From Planctomycetota bacterium (GTDB taxonomy: Bacteria > Planctomycetota > PLA2 > JAEUHO01), in the NCBI GenBank assembly GCA_030066775.1, contig JASJAY010000003.1, positions 53 through 64,052 of the forward strand: DNA of 64,000 nt, in the 5' to 3' direction. Each line of letters begins with the position of its first letter. Position 1 is the first letter of the stretch. The notes below the pieces were generated by a model. It ran no database searches. It had not been told where the DNA came from and was given only the letters and a program-made list of their open reading frames with translations. A program made the position numbers and the translations under genes. Shown here piece by piece: positions 10,599 to 20,073 of the stretch.

Positions 10599-12004
10599 CA
10601 GTCGAGCGTCCGTTCCGCCAGCTCGCGCAGGCGGCAGGTCCAGTAGAGGCCGGCCAGGCCGAGGTCGTTCGCGAGGGCTTCCTGGTGATGCGCCATTGCG
10701 TTGCTGCCGCGCGTCTCGCGCGTGCGGTGTGCGACGCTCGACAACCACCAGAGGATGTGCCGTGGGCTGATCGCCAGCTCGACGATGGCCTTGAGGAAGA
10801 CGCGACGCATGCCGTCGGCGTAGTGGCGCTTGCGCTTGCCCAGCTGACGTCGGGGCAGCGAGCCGGCCAGCGTCTCGAGCTCGCCGCGCACGCGTTCGCG
10901 CTGTAGCAGCGGGACCTCGGCGTCGGGTGGGAGTCCCGCGTGCTCGACCGACTCCCCGTGACGGCCGATCAGGGAGGGCGCCACCTCGACCATGCGATCG
11001 AAGGCCGCGAGGTAGCTCCGCGGATTCCGCTCCACGTCGGCCGCCAGCGCACGGGCGAGCTCGACCTGCTCGTCCGGATCGAGGATGGGCCACAGCGCCA
11101 TCCAACGCTCGAGCAACGCAGGCAGGGAATGTCGGTCGAACGCCTCGCGGAACGAGGCGCCGAGGCCCTCGAGCTGGATCAGGTGGTAGTGGTCCTCGAG
11201 CGTGAACCCGCTGTCGTCCCCATGCGCTCCGTGCCCGTGCTCCGTGAAGAGCTGCGCGGCCTCCTTCGGGCGGCGCCACACGGCGGCCAAGGCGACTTCC
11301 TGGGCGGCGTCCGCCAGCAGCCAGTGATCGTCGTGGGCATCGTCGAGGTAGGGGGGCTCGAGCGCTTCCCGAATCGCCACGTCCGTGCGGCCCTCGAGCA
11401 GGTGCCGATGCCAGCGGCGCCGAAGCAGCCGGATGGCGCCGTGGCGCGCCGCCTGTCCCCGGAGGCGGCCCCAGCGCGCGACCTCGCCGCCGAGCGCCTG
11501 CTCGACGTCGTTCGGCTGGAACACGCTCGTGATCCAGGGCGCCACGGGCGCGTCCTCCCCGATCAGGGCCACGAGCGGCGCCGTGGCGCGCGGGGTGGGA
11601 TCGCCCAGCGCCTCGATCAGGAGCGCGCGATGCGCCGTCGTGCGAACGCATCCCGGCCGATCCCGGTGCGCGGTCTCGATGCGGGCGCGCGCGTCCTCGA
11701 GGTCGCCGCGGGCCAGCGCCTCCCAAGCGGTGCGCACGTCGTCCTCTGCCGGGTGCTCCGGCGCGTTGGCGTCCGTGTCCTCGCCGTCCTCGGGCGGCTC
11801 GATCCAGCGCGTCCACGAGAGGTACTCGAGCGCGCGCTCGTACGCCTGGTGCAGGCGTTGGAACGCTTCCGGCGCACGCTCCGGCCGGTACGTGCGGATC
11901 AGCTTCAGGTACGCGCGCTTGATCGTCAGCTCGTCTGCGCTCTCGGGGACGCCCAGCAGCTCGTGCGGATCGTTGCTGTCGGGCAGCGGCGGCAGGTCGC
12001 TCAT
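10598..12004 (-). CDS. J-domain (DnaJ-like) protein with degenerate HPD motif
   Basis: It starts at MSDLPPLPDSNDPHELLGVPESADELTIKRAYLKLIRTYRPERAPEAFQRLHQAYERALEYL. This is a J-domain fold, but the HPD tripeptide is replaced by RPE. The ATG at 12004 overlaps the upstream gene stop (tcat at 12001-12004). Confidence 0.6.
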   Translation of the reverse strand: MSDLPPLPDSNDPHELLGVPESADELTIKRAYLKLIRTYRPERAPEAFQRLHQAYERALEYLSWTRWIEPPEDGEDTDANAPEHPAEDDVRTAWEALARGDLEDARARIETAHRDRPGCVRTTAHRALLIEALGDPTPRATAPLVALIGEDAPVAPWITSVFQPNDVEQALGGEVARWGRLRGQAARHGAIRLLRRRWHRHLLEGRTDVAIREALEPPYLDDAHDDHWLLADAAQEVALAAVWRRPKEAAQLFTEHGHGAHGDDSGFTLEDHYHLIQLEGLGASFREAFDRHSLPALLERWMALWPILDPDEQVELARALAADVERNPRSYLAAFDRMVEVAPSLIGRHGESVEHAGLPPDAEVPLLQRERVRGELETLAGSLPRRQLGKRKRHYADGMRRVFLKAIVELAISPRHILWWLSSVAHRTRETRGSNAMAHHQEALANDLGLAGLYWTCRLRELAERTLD

Positions 12005-13038
12005 CGGCCCGCCTCCCCGCCCGGTCCGCGGCCGCGTTCCGTGATCACCTGCATGCGCTTGCGGTCGAGCCGCTCGGCCGCCTTCTCGCACGCCACCAGC
12101 AGCTCGGCGAGGTCGTCGAGCGCGGGGAACTCCGGATCACCGATGTGCCGCGCCTTCGCGTAGACCAGCTCCTTCACGCCGTAGCGGATCTCCGCGATGT
12201 GCTCGCGCAGCCGCTGGTGGCGGACCAGCGAGATCGCGCGGTCCCGCTGCGCCTCCTCCGAGGCGCGCCGCACCTCCTGCCGTAGCGCGTTGACGGCGAC
12301 CAGGTGGCGCACGATGCGATCGTATGCGTCTCCGAGCGACTCGCCCTCGAGGACGCCCGTCGACTCGAGCCCGGCACCGGGCTTTGCCGGCTCGGGCCCC
12401 TTGACGCCGTCGACCGCCAACCCGAGGAGCTTCGCGACGAGCCAGATCGAGAAGATCGCGATCCAGAAGCTCCTGCGCCCGCGCTTCTTCTCTTCGACGC
12501 GTGCCGCGGCCGTGGTCGCGCTGCGCCGGCTCGGTTGTGCCGGCATGCCCTTGATGCGGCGGAACATCTGGGGATCGAGGGCGTACACCAGCGGGTAGTT
12601 GTCCTCGACGTACTGGGCGACGCGGCGCGGCTCCGCCACGTCCTGCGCCATCGCGCGGGCGCGGGGCGGCACGCCCAGTCGCGTCTCGAGCACGTGCAGC
12701 ACGACGGGCGGAACCCGCGGATCCGAACGCGCCTCGCGCCACTCCTCGCGTGCGGCAAGCACCTGACGCAGGCGGGCGAGGTCCAGCTTGGGATCGTCCG
12801 CCGAGAGACGCAGGAGCTCCGCTTCGAGCGTCGCGTCCGGCAGGGACGACTCGAGGCACGCGAGGATCCACGCCGCGCGGCCTTCGATGGCCGATCCGAA
12901 CCCGCGCGAGAGCTCCCGGCTGCGCCGGCGGAAGCGCGCGCGCAGGCCCGCGAGGTCCTGCGGTCCGTCCGCCACCTGCTTCGCCATGGCGTCGGCATAG
13001 GCAGCGCGCAGCTCCGCCTGCGAGCGGCAGGCTTCCAT
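12001..13038 (-). CDS. Hypothetical protein with one TM segment, encoded between Hsp70 and the J-protein
   Basis: This is the C-terminal ~345 aa of ORF 12001..13824, starting at MEACRSQAEL 15 nt after the Hsp70 stop. It has one TM segment (SFWIAIFSIWLVAKLLGLAV). The N-terminal half of the track ORF is antisense junk. Confidence 0.45.
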   Translation of the reverse strand: MEACRSQAELRAAYADAMAKQVADGPQDLAGLRARFRRRSRELSRGFGSAIEGRAAWILACLESSLPDATLEAELLRLSADDPKLDLARLRQVLAAREEWREARSDPRVPPVVLHVLETRLGVPPRARAMAQDVAEPRRVAQYVEDNYPLVYALDPQMFRRIKGMPAQPSRRSATTAAARVEEKKRGRRSFWIAIFSIWLVAKLLGLAVDGVKGPEPAKPGAGLESTGVLEGESLGDAYDRIVRHLVAVNALRQEVRRASEEAQRDRAISLVRHQRLREHIAEIRYGVKELVYAKARHIGDPEFPALDDLAELLVACEKAAERLDRKRMQVITERGRGPGGEAGR

Positions 13039-13052
13039 CCGCAGGCCGCCCT

Positions 13053-14789
13053 TCACCAACGCTCTCCGTCGTCGAGGAAGCTGACGAAGCGCTCCAGGTC
13101 GCGCACGGCGCGCTCGACGGCTTCCGGATCCCGGCGCGCGAGCGCGTCCTCGAGCACGTCGAGCATCGCCTCGAGGCGCTCGCGCTGATCGCTGACCACC
13201 TCGCGCATCAAGAGCTCCGCGCGGGCGATCAGGTCGCGCACGGCGGGCGTCTCGCGGGGGTCTTGCTTGATCTTCGCCAAGCGCTTTGCGGCGGCCTGGA
13301 TCTCGGTGTCCGAGAGCGAGGTCGAGGTGCGGCTGAGGATCTTCGAGACGGTCTTGCCGGTGTCCACGATCCGGCACTCCACCTCGAGGATGCCGTCGAG
13401 GTCGTACGTGAACGTGACCTCCACCTGCTGCCCCGGCGCGCCGCGCGGGATGTCCTTGACGATCAGCTCGCCGATCTTGCGGTTGTGGCTCGCCAGGCGC
13501 GCCTCGCCCTCGTAGACGTCGATGCGCATCTGCGTCTGGTTCGGCTCGACGGTGCTGAGGATCTGCGACTGCGACGTGGGGATCACGCTGTTGCGGTGGA
13601 TGATCGGCAGGAAGAACCCGTCGACCTTCTTGTGGCCGTAGTGCTTCACCACCGACGTGCCCAGGCTGTGGGAGGCAACGTCGGTGACGACCATGTCGCC
13701 GACGCCTTCGTCGTCGGCGATGAGCGCGGCCTGGATGGCCGCGCCGTGCACGATGGCGAGGTCCGGATCGACGCCCTCTTGCGGGGCCCGGTCGAAGCGC
13801 TCGCGCACGAATCGCTGGATGCACGGCATGCGCGTGGCGCCGCCGACGAGGATCACCTCGGTGATGTCGGTCTTGTTGAGCCCCGCGCCGCGCATCGCCG
13901 CCCGGCAGGGACCGCGCAGGCGATCCAGGAGCGGGGCGAATGCGTCCTCGGCGTCCTCTCGCGAGACCGTGACGGGAACCGGCTGGTCCAGCTGGCGACG
14001 GACGGGCGGCACCACGATCTCGACCGACTCGGCTTCGCTCAGCTTGCGCTTCGCCAGCTCGGCGCGCTTGAGGAGCAGCGTGATCCCCTCCGGATCGTTC
14101 ATCTCCGCCGTCTCGTAGGTCGCCCCGGCGCGCGTCAGTGCGAGGCTAGCCAGACGGCGGGTGAAGTCCTCGCCGCCGAGCATGCTCTCGCCGGCCACGC
14201 TGCGCACCATGAGTGCGCCTTCGAAGCGGTCCATCACGCAGACGTCGAACGTGCCGCCGCCCAGATCCACGACGACGATCGTGCCGTCCGGGCCCTTGCC
14301 GTGGACGCCGTGGGCGATCGCCGCCGCCGTCGGCTCGTTGAGGATGCGCTCGACGACCCAGCCCGCCATCTCGCCGGCCTTGCGCGTCGCGAAGCGCTGG
14401 GCCTCGTTGAAGTACGCCGGCACGGTGATGACGCAGCGGCTCGCCTCGCGTCCGAGCGTGCGGGCGGCGTCCTGCTTCAGCTGCTTGAGCACCATCGACG
14501 ACAGCTCGACGCTCGAGTACTTGGCCCCGGCGATCGAGTAGGAGAGGTCGCTGCCCATGCCGCGCTTGAAGGCGGCCGCGCCCAGCTCGGGGTGCGCGGC
14601 GTAGATGTCCTTCGCGGTGCGGCCCACGAGCAGCGCGCCGCCGCGCTTGTCCATGGCGACGACGGAGGGCGTGAGCGGATCGCCGAGCCCGCTTTCGAAC
14701 ACCTCGACGGCACCGGCGCGGAAGACCGCGACCGTGCTGTTGGTCGTGCCGAGATCGATCCCGACGATGGGGCCCTCGTCTGCGCTCAT
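13053..14789 (-). CDS. Hsp70-family chaperone, non-canonical (HscC-like)
   Basis: 579 aa from [22 protein letters not shown], with the ATG at about 14789. It carries the Hsp70 motifs [28 protein letters not shown] and NEPTAAAIA. It is shorter than DnaK and its substrate-binding/lid region is divergent. Confidence 0.85.
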   Translation of the reverse strand: MSADEGPIVGIDLGTTNSTVAVFRAGAVEVFESGLGDPLTPSVVAMDKRGGALLVGRTAKDIYAAHPELGAAAFKRGMGSDLSYSIAGAKYSSVELSSMVLKQLKQDAARTLGREASRCVITVPAYFNEAQRFATRKAGEMAGWVVERILNEPTAAAIAHGVHGKGPDGTIVVVDLGGGTFDVCVMDRFEGALMVRSVAGESMLGGEDFTRRLASLALTRAGATYETAEMNDPEGITLLLKRAELAKRKLSEAESVEIVVPPVRRQLDQPVPVTVSREDAEDAFAPLLDRLRGPCRAAMRGAGLNKTDITEVILVGGATRMPCIQRFVRERFDRAPQEGVDPDLAIVHGAAIQAALIADDEGVGDMVVTDVASHSLGTSVVKHYGHKKVDGFFLPIIHRNSVIPTSQSQILSTVEPNQTQMRIDVYEGEARLASHNRKIGELIVKDIPRGAPGQQVEVTFTYDLDGILEVECRIVDTGKTVSKILSRTSTSLSDTEIQAAAKRLAKIKQDPRETPAVRDLIARAELLMREVVSDQRERLEAMLDVLEDALARRDPEAVERAVRDLERFVSFLDDGERW

Positions 14790-14902
14790 CACCGGGCCAT
14801 TCTGCCTCGGTGGTCGGCGCGCGTCTCCCTCGAGTTGCGTCCCGTCCGGGCCTCGGCCCCTTCGTTCCGCGCTAGACTCGGCCCCTCGAGGAGGAGGGAG
14901 CG

Positions 14903-17900
14903 ATGCGCAACCTGATCTGGGTGGCGCTGGCCGTCGCGATCGGCGTCGGCGCCTATCTCGCGCTGGACGACAGCGCCACGGACGGTGGCTACGAGCTCGA
15001 CACGGACGGCGGTGCGGAGGCGCCCGAGGATCCGGGCGCGACGCTCGAGGGCACCGGCACGGCGCTGACCGCCGAGTCGGAAGCCGATGCGGTGGCGGGC
15101 GGCAGTGCGCGGCTGCGCGGCCGCGTCGTCGATCTCGCGGGCGCGCCCGTCGCCGGCGTCTCGCTCGAGCTGCGCACGCCCACGCGCCCGCGCTGGATCG
15201 CCTGGCGCCCGACCCGCTACCTGGAGCAGATGTTCGAGCCGCCGGCCACCGCGACGCGGCCGCTCGCGACACAGACGTCGGGGGCCGACGGCACCTTCAC
15301 CTTCCCTCGTCTCGACCCGCGGCGCAGCTACACGTTGCGCGCGCTGCCTGCAGCCGGCCGCTGCGGCAACGAACGCCACCTCGGCCAGGACGACATGCAT
15401 CGGGAGATCACGCTCGTGGTCTCGCCCGGTTCGCCGCTGGCCGTGCGTACCGTCGACGCGGACGGAGCCGGGATCCAGGCCTGGGTGTCGGCGTCCCTGC
15501 CGAACGACGGCGTGACGAAGGACCGCCCGGTCGCGCGCAACTGGCGCCTTCCCGCGACGCGGGCCGGTGCCGACGGCCGTCTCGCGCTGGCCGCGGTTCC
15601 CGACGGCGAGCTGATCTTCGACGTGACGCTGCCGGGTGTCGGCCGCCGATCGGGCCTGAAGGTGACGGTGCCTCACGAGGGCGAGGTCGTCCTGGCGCTC
15701 GGCGACGCGGATGGCGGTGGCGTGCGCGGCACGGTCACGAACACGGCCGGACAGCCGGTTTCCGGCGCCGGTGTGATGGTGATGGCCTACCCGGGTGAGA
15801 GTCAGAACTGGCAGATGCGCATCCTGCGCGTCGCCAAGACGGCGGCCGACGGCTCGTACAGCGTCGGCGGGATCCCCGAGGGCCGTCTGCAGTCCGTTGC
15901 CGTTGCCGCCGACGGATACCTCTACCTTCCGAACGCCACCAGCACGCGCCCGATCGGCGCCGGTGAGACGCTCGTGGTGGACGCGACGGTCTACCGGGGC
16001 GGCATCCTCGAAGGCACGGTGCGCGATGCGGACGGACAGCCCGTTGCGAATGCGCGGCTGGCCACGGGCTTCGCCGGCACGCGCTACAACGCGACGAATC
16101 CAGGCGTCGCCACGGCGAGCGCCGACGGGCGCTACCGGATGGAGAACGTGCCGCTCGGGGCCGGCCGCCTCGCCGCGTGGGCGCCGGGCCACTACACGAC
16201 GCCGCCCGAGGGCCGCCACCGGAATTACTGGTTCATCGCAAACGTCGGGGTGCCGTTCGAGCTGGCCGACGAGGGCCAGACGATCCAGGTCGACATCGCG
16301 CTTGCGCCTTCGGTGCCGATCGGCGGCCGCGTCGTGGACGCGGAGGGGACGCCGGTGGCGGGCGTGCACGTCGAGGCCAAGGGGAGCCTGCAGCAGGCCG
16401 TCTTGCACTTCGACCCGATCGGGCTCAGCGCGGTCACCGACGACGAGGGGCGCTTCGCGCTCGCCGGACTGCCGCCGGGATCCTGGCGGCTGGAGACGGC
16501 GACGTCCGTCGGCATCAGCGAGCCGTTCAACGTCGCCGTCAAGGCGGGCGCCGAGACGCCGGACATCGAGATCGTGCTGCGCCCGGGCGGCTCCGTCGCC
16601 GGCCGCGTCGAGGTCGAGGGAAGGCCGCCCGCCGAGCCGCTGAACGTGCAGCTGAGCCTCCGCGCGCAGCGCCCCGCCTACGGCGCCAGCAATCGCTCCG
16701 CGACGACGAAGCCCGACGGTTCGTTCCTCTTCGAAGACGTCGCGGCCGGCGAGTACGAGGCCTTCGTGACCGCCCAGTTCAGCCAGACCGTGGGCGAGCG
16801 CACGGCCGTGACCGTCGCGTGGGGTGCGCGCACCGAGGACGTGGTCGTCATCGGTGCCGACGTCGGATCGATCCGCGGCATGGTCGTCGATCCGCAGGGC
16901 AAACCGCTGGGCGGCGTGAACGTGATGCTGGAGTACGTCCACGACAACATGAACGCCAGCTGGCAGAACGCGAGCGGGCCGGACGGCCGCTTCCAGTTCG
17001 ACTCGCTGCCTGCGGGCAAGTACGCCCTCTACGTCACGGGCACGAAGGAGAAGGTCGTCGCCGAGCCCGGCACCCACGACCTGCGGCTGGTGCACCGCAA
17101 GGGCGATGCGCTCGTGATCGAGGGCAAGGTGCTCGCACCCGACGGCACGCCCGTCGCCGCAGGCCAGCTGATGGTGTTCTTCGTGAAGGGCAGTGGCTCG
17201 ACCGGCACCGGCACGATGATCTCCGGCGGCACGTTCCGCTTCGACGGCGTGAGGACCGACGGGAAGATCAGCCTCCAGGTCTCCGCGCCGTCCGACAGCG
17301 CGGGCCGCCCGCTGCGCACGCGCCCCTTCCTGATCGAGGACTACCAGCCGGACGGCGAGCCGCTCACGATCCAGCTCGAGGAGGGCCTGCGCATCGCCGG
17401 CCGCGTGGTGGACGACACGGGCGCGCCGGTCGAGGGGATCCGCCTCCGCGTGAACGCGAAGCGCACGGGGGAAAACCGTCATCTGTGGCACCACATGTTC
17501 CGGATCGAGCCCGTCGTGACGGATGCCGAGGGCCGCTTCGAGGCGGTCGGGCTGGGCGAAGGCATGCACACGCTCGAGTTCCAGCAGGCGGGAGACTGGA
17601 TCGCCGACCCGTCGTCGGTCGAGGCCGCGGCCGGGGCGCGCGACGTCGAGCTCGTCGTGACGCGCGGCGTGCGCATCACGGGCCGCGTGCTGGGGCCCGA
17701 GGGCGAGGCGATCGTCGGGGCCCAGGTCTACTGGCGGCAGAACCGCCCGAAGGGGACGCGCGCCTGGACTCCCAAGCGCGGCCGGGCGACGACCGACGCC
17801 GAGGGCGCCTACGAGATCCGCGGGATCCCGAAGGACGCGCTGGGCACCGTGTCCGTCAACGCCCCGAGTGGGTCCACCAATCCGTACCTCGCCGCGAGTC

Positions 17901-18724
17901 GCAAGGACGTCCCGACGGGCGCCACCGGTGTCGACTTCACGCTGGACCTCGGCGTGTTCATCGAAGGCACAGTGACGGGGCCCGAGGGTGAGCCCGTGGG
18001 CGACCTGCACGTCAACGCCCGACCCGTGAGCAAGGAGAGCGGTCGACGCCGCGTCAGCACGTGGGTGCGTGCCGGCAGCACCACGTTCCGCCTCGGGCCC
18101 ATGGCGCCGGGTCTCTACAAGCTCAGCGCAGGCGCCAGCGGCGAGTACAAGCGGCCCGAGCCGATCGAGGTGCGTGCCCCCGCAGCCGACGTGAAGATCG
18201 TCGTGCCGCGCGGCAACCCCGTCCGCGGCACGCTCCAGGGCGACGATGTCGCGGGCTTCGACATCTGGTTCGGCTACCGGCCCGAGCGGGGCGGCTGGAG
18301 CGCTCGACAGGCGCGCGTGCGCTCCGACGGCAGCTTCCTGATCTCGCTGGCCGACGACGTGACCGGCGTGATCTACGCCTACAAGGACGGCGACACGCGC
18401 TATGCCTTCGTAGAAGACGTCCGTCCCGCGGCGGGCCCCGTGACGGTCCGGCTGCAGCAAGGCAAGCGCATCGCGGGACGCGTCGAGAACCTGGATCCCG
18501 ACGCCAAGACGCGCTTCAACGGCGAGTTCGTGGCCCAAGTGACACTGCGCCACGAGAGCGGCTTCCAGCGCTCGGCCTTGGTTGCCAAGGACGGGACGTT
18601 CGAGGCGACCGGCCTCCCGGACGGCACCTTCAGCGCCAGCGTGCGGCAGGGCCGACGCCGAGCGAAGTCGGTGGACGCAGAAGCGGGAACCACCGGCCTC
18701 GTCCTCCGTTTGGTCGAGAGGTAG
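14903..18724 (+). CDS. Large secreted protein of ~12 tandem carboxypeptidase-regulatory-like (CarboxypepD_reg, prealbumin-fold) repeats
   Basis: 1273 aa. It has an N-terminal signal anchor ([21 protein letters not shown]). There are about 12 repeats of the form GRVVDxxGxPVAGVxV ... DGRF ... LxPGxYxL. A strong Shine-Dalgarno sequence (aggaggaggg) lies 5-14 nt upstream. Confidence 0.75.
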   Translation: MRNLIWVALAVAIGVGAYLALDDSATDGGYELDTDGGAEAPEDPGATLEGTGTALTAESEADAVAGGSARLRGRVVDLAGAPVAGVSLELRTPTRPRWIAWRPTRYLEQMFEPPATATRPLATQTSGADGTFTFPRLDPRRSYTLRALPAAGRCGNERHLGQDDMHREITLVVSPGSPLAVRTVDADGAGIQAWVSASLPNDGVTKDRPVARNWRLPATRAGADGRLALAAVPDGELIFDVTLPGVGRRSGLKVTVPHEGEVVLALGDADGGGVRGTVTNTAGQPVSGAGVMVMAYPGESQNWQMRILRVAKTAADGSYSVGGIPEGRLQSVAVAADGYLYLPNATSTRPIGAGETLVVDATVYRGGILEGTVRDADGQPVANARLATGFAGTRYNATNPGVATASADGRYRMENVPLGAGRLAAWAPGHYTTPPEGRHRNYWFIANVGVPFELADEGQTIQVDIALAPSVPIGGRVVDAEGTPVAGVHVEAKGSLQQAVLHFDPIGLSAVTDDEGRFALAGLPPGSWRLETATSVGISEPFNVAVKAGAETPDIEIVLRPGGSVAGRVEVEGRPPAEPLNVQLSLRAQRPAYGASNRSATTKPDGSFLFEDVAAGEYEAFVTAQFSQTVGERTAVTVAWGARTEDVVVIGADVGSIRGMVVDPQGKPLGGVNVMLEYVHDNMNASWQNASGPDGRFQFDSLPAGKYALYVTGTKEKVVAEPGTHDLRLVHRKGDALVIEGKVLAPDGTPVAAGQLMVFFVKGSGSTGTGTMISGGTFRFDGVRTDGKISLQVSAPSDSAGRPLRTRPFLIEDYQPDGEPLTIQLEEGLRIAGRVVDDTGAPVEGIRLRVNAKRTGENRHLWHHMFRIEPVVTDAEGRFEAVGLGEGMHTLEFQQAGDWIADPSSVEAAAGARDVELVVTRGVRITGRVLGPEGEAIVGAQVYWRQNRPKGTRAWTPKRGRATTDAEGAYEIRGIPKDALGTVSVNAPSGSTNPYLAASRKDVPTGATGVDFTLDLGVFIEGTVTGPEGEPVGDLHVNARPVSKESGRRRVSTWVRAGSTTFRLGPMAPGLYKLSAGASGEYKRPEPIEVRAPAADVKIVVPRGNPVRGTLQGDDVAGFDIWFGYRPERGGWSARQARVRSDGSFLISLADDVTGVIYAYKDGDTRYAFVEDVRPAAGPVTVRLQQGKRIAGRVENLDPDAKTRFNGEFVAQVTLRHESGFQRSALVAKDGTFEATGLPDGTFSASVRQGRRRAKSVDAEAGTTGLVLRLVER

Positions 18725-18732
18725 GAGGGCCC

Positions 18733-20058
18733 ATGCACACACGACGACTCTGCCTCCTCGCGGTGCTCGCCGCATTGGTCGCCCCGCCCGCAGCCGCCGA
18801 GGACGACGTCGGCTCGGCCGTGGGGGATCGCGCGCCGGAGATCTCGGCCACCACGTGGCTCAACACGGCGGAGGGGGAGAGCCCGCTCGACGGCGACGTC
18901 GACCCCAAGCTCATCCTGCTCGAGTTCTGGGGCACGTGGTGCGGGCCGTGTGTGCGCTCGATGCCCAAGATCCAGTCGCTCTGGGACCGCTACCGCGACC
19001 ACGGCCTCCTGGTCATTGCGATCACGCGCGAGAACGCGGGCGAGGTGCGCGGCTTCCTGAAGGAGAAGGGCTACACGATGCCCGTCGGCTGCGATCCCTC
19101 GCAGACGTGCATCGGGCAGTTTGCCCTCGACGGCTGGCCCACGAGCGTGATCCTCGATCGCACGATGCGCATCGTGTGGCGCGGGAGCCCGTCCGGCGCC
19201 GAAGCGCAGGTCGAGAAGGGGCTGGGCCTCGAGAGCAGCCCGAACACGCTCCTCGGTCTGTATCTCGAGGCCGCGGCCAAGGGTGACAAGGACGCGCTGC
19301 GCCAGCCCATGGAGCGGTTGGTCGCCAAGGCGCCCGCGACGTTCGACCTCAAGGCGTGGGCCGAGGGCGCGCTCGAGGCGGACACGCCTGAGCTCGAGAA
19401 GCCGAAGACGCTCAAGGCGAAGGCGGCCTGCAAGCTGCTCGACAAGCTCGCCAAGCAGTGGGGGGACGACGCCAAGCGCACCGCGCTGCTCCAGCAGCTT
19501 GCGGGTGGAGCGCCGAGCGATGTCGACCTCCGCGCCTGGATCCAACCGCGCTACCAGAAGGCCTATCCCTTCAAGACGGCCGAGCTCAAGGAGCTCTTGG
19601 CCAAGAAGCGCTACGCGACCATCGTGGACATGTTCGTGGACCGCGCCCCGTCGGGCTCCGTCTACAAGCTGGCCGGCAAGGACGACGGGCTGGTCGCGTA
19701 CTGCGACAAGAACGCGCCCGACGCCTGGACCTTCGCACGCAAGGCGACCATGGGGCGCATGTACTGGATGTCCGACGACCCGCCGCCCGAGGACTTCGAC
19801 AGCGAGGCGTTCTCACGCGACATTTCGGTGAACGGCATCGCGTTCGATGAAGAGCGCAAACGGGTGGTCGGGATCATCATCGGCGGCGGCATGGTCACGA
19901 AGCAGGCCGCGGAGGGCTACGCACGGAACCAGATGGCGCGCTCGATGATCATGAACGCCATCGCCGGTGGGCAGGCGCTCAAGCCGGCGAAGCTCGAGAA
20001 GAAGGTCGATGACGAGCTCGCGAAGATCGTCAAAGGCCTGAAGCAGAAGTACGGCTAG
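18733..20058 (+). CDS. TlpA-like periplasmic thiol-disulfide oxidoreductase with long C-terminal helical extension
   Basis: The ATG at about 18733 is preceded by aggagg. The signal peptide is MHTRRLCLLAVLAALVAPPAAA. The thioredoxin fold carries the WCGPC active site (LLEFWGTWCGPC). A ~250 aa K/A/E-rich C-terminal domain follows. Confidence 0.8.
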   Translation: MHTRRLCLLAVLAALVAPPAAAEDDVGSAVGDRAPEISATTWLNTAEGESPLDGDVDPKLILLEFWGTWCGPCVRSMPKIQSLWDRYRDHGLLVIAITRENAGEVRGFLKEKGYTMPVGCDPSQTCIGQFALDGWPTSVILDRTMRIVWRGSPSGAEAQVEKGLGLESSPNTLLGLYLEAAAKGDKDALRQPMERLVAKAPATFDLKAWAEGALEADTPELEKPKTLKAKAACKLLDKLAKQWGDDAKRTALLQQLAGGAPSDVDLRAWIQPRYQKAYPFKTAELKELLAKKRYATIVDMFVDRAPSGSVYKLAGKDDGLVAYCDKNAPDAWTFARKATMGRMYWMSDDPPPEDFDSEAFSRDISVNGIAFDEERKRVVGIIIGGGMVTKQAAEGYARNQMARSMIMNAIAGGQALKPAKLEKKVDDELAKIVKGLKQKYG

Positions 20059-20073
20059 GGAGAGGGAGCGCGC

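Noticed and set aside
14789-18775. 1328-aa minus-strand ORF antisense to the first CarboxypepD_reg gene. Similar ORFs lie at 19813..24195 minus, 25127..28042 minus and 33191..36232 minus.
   Set aside because: The translations are extreme Arg/Ala/Gly/Pro/Asp low-complexity strings with no motifs. Each lies exactly antisense to an ORF with clear domain structure. Open antisense frames are expected at ~70% GC.
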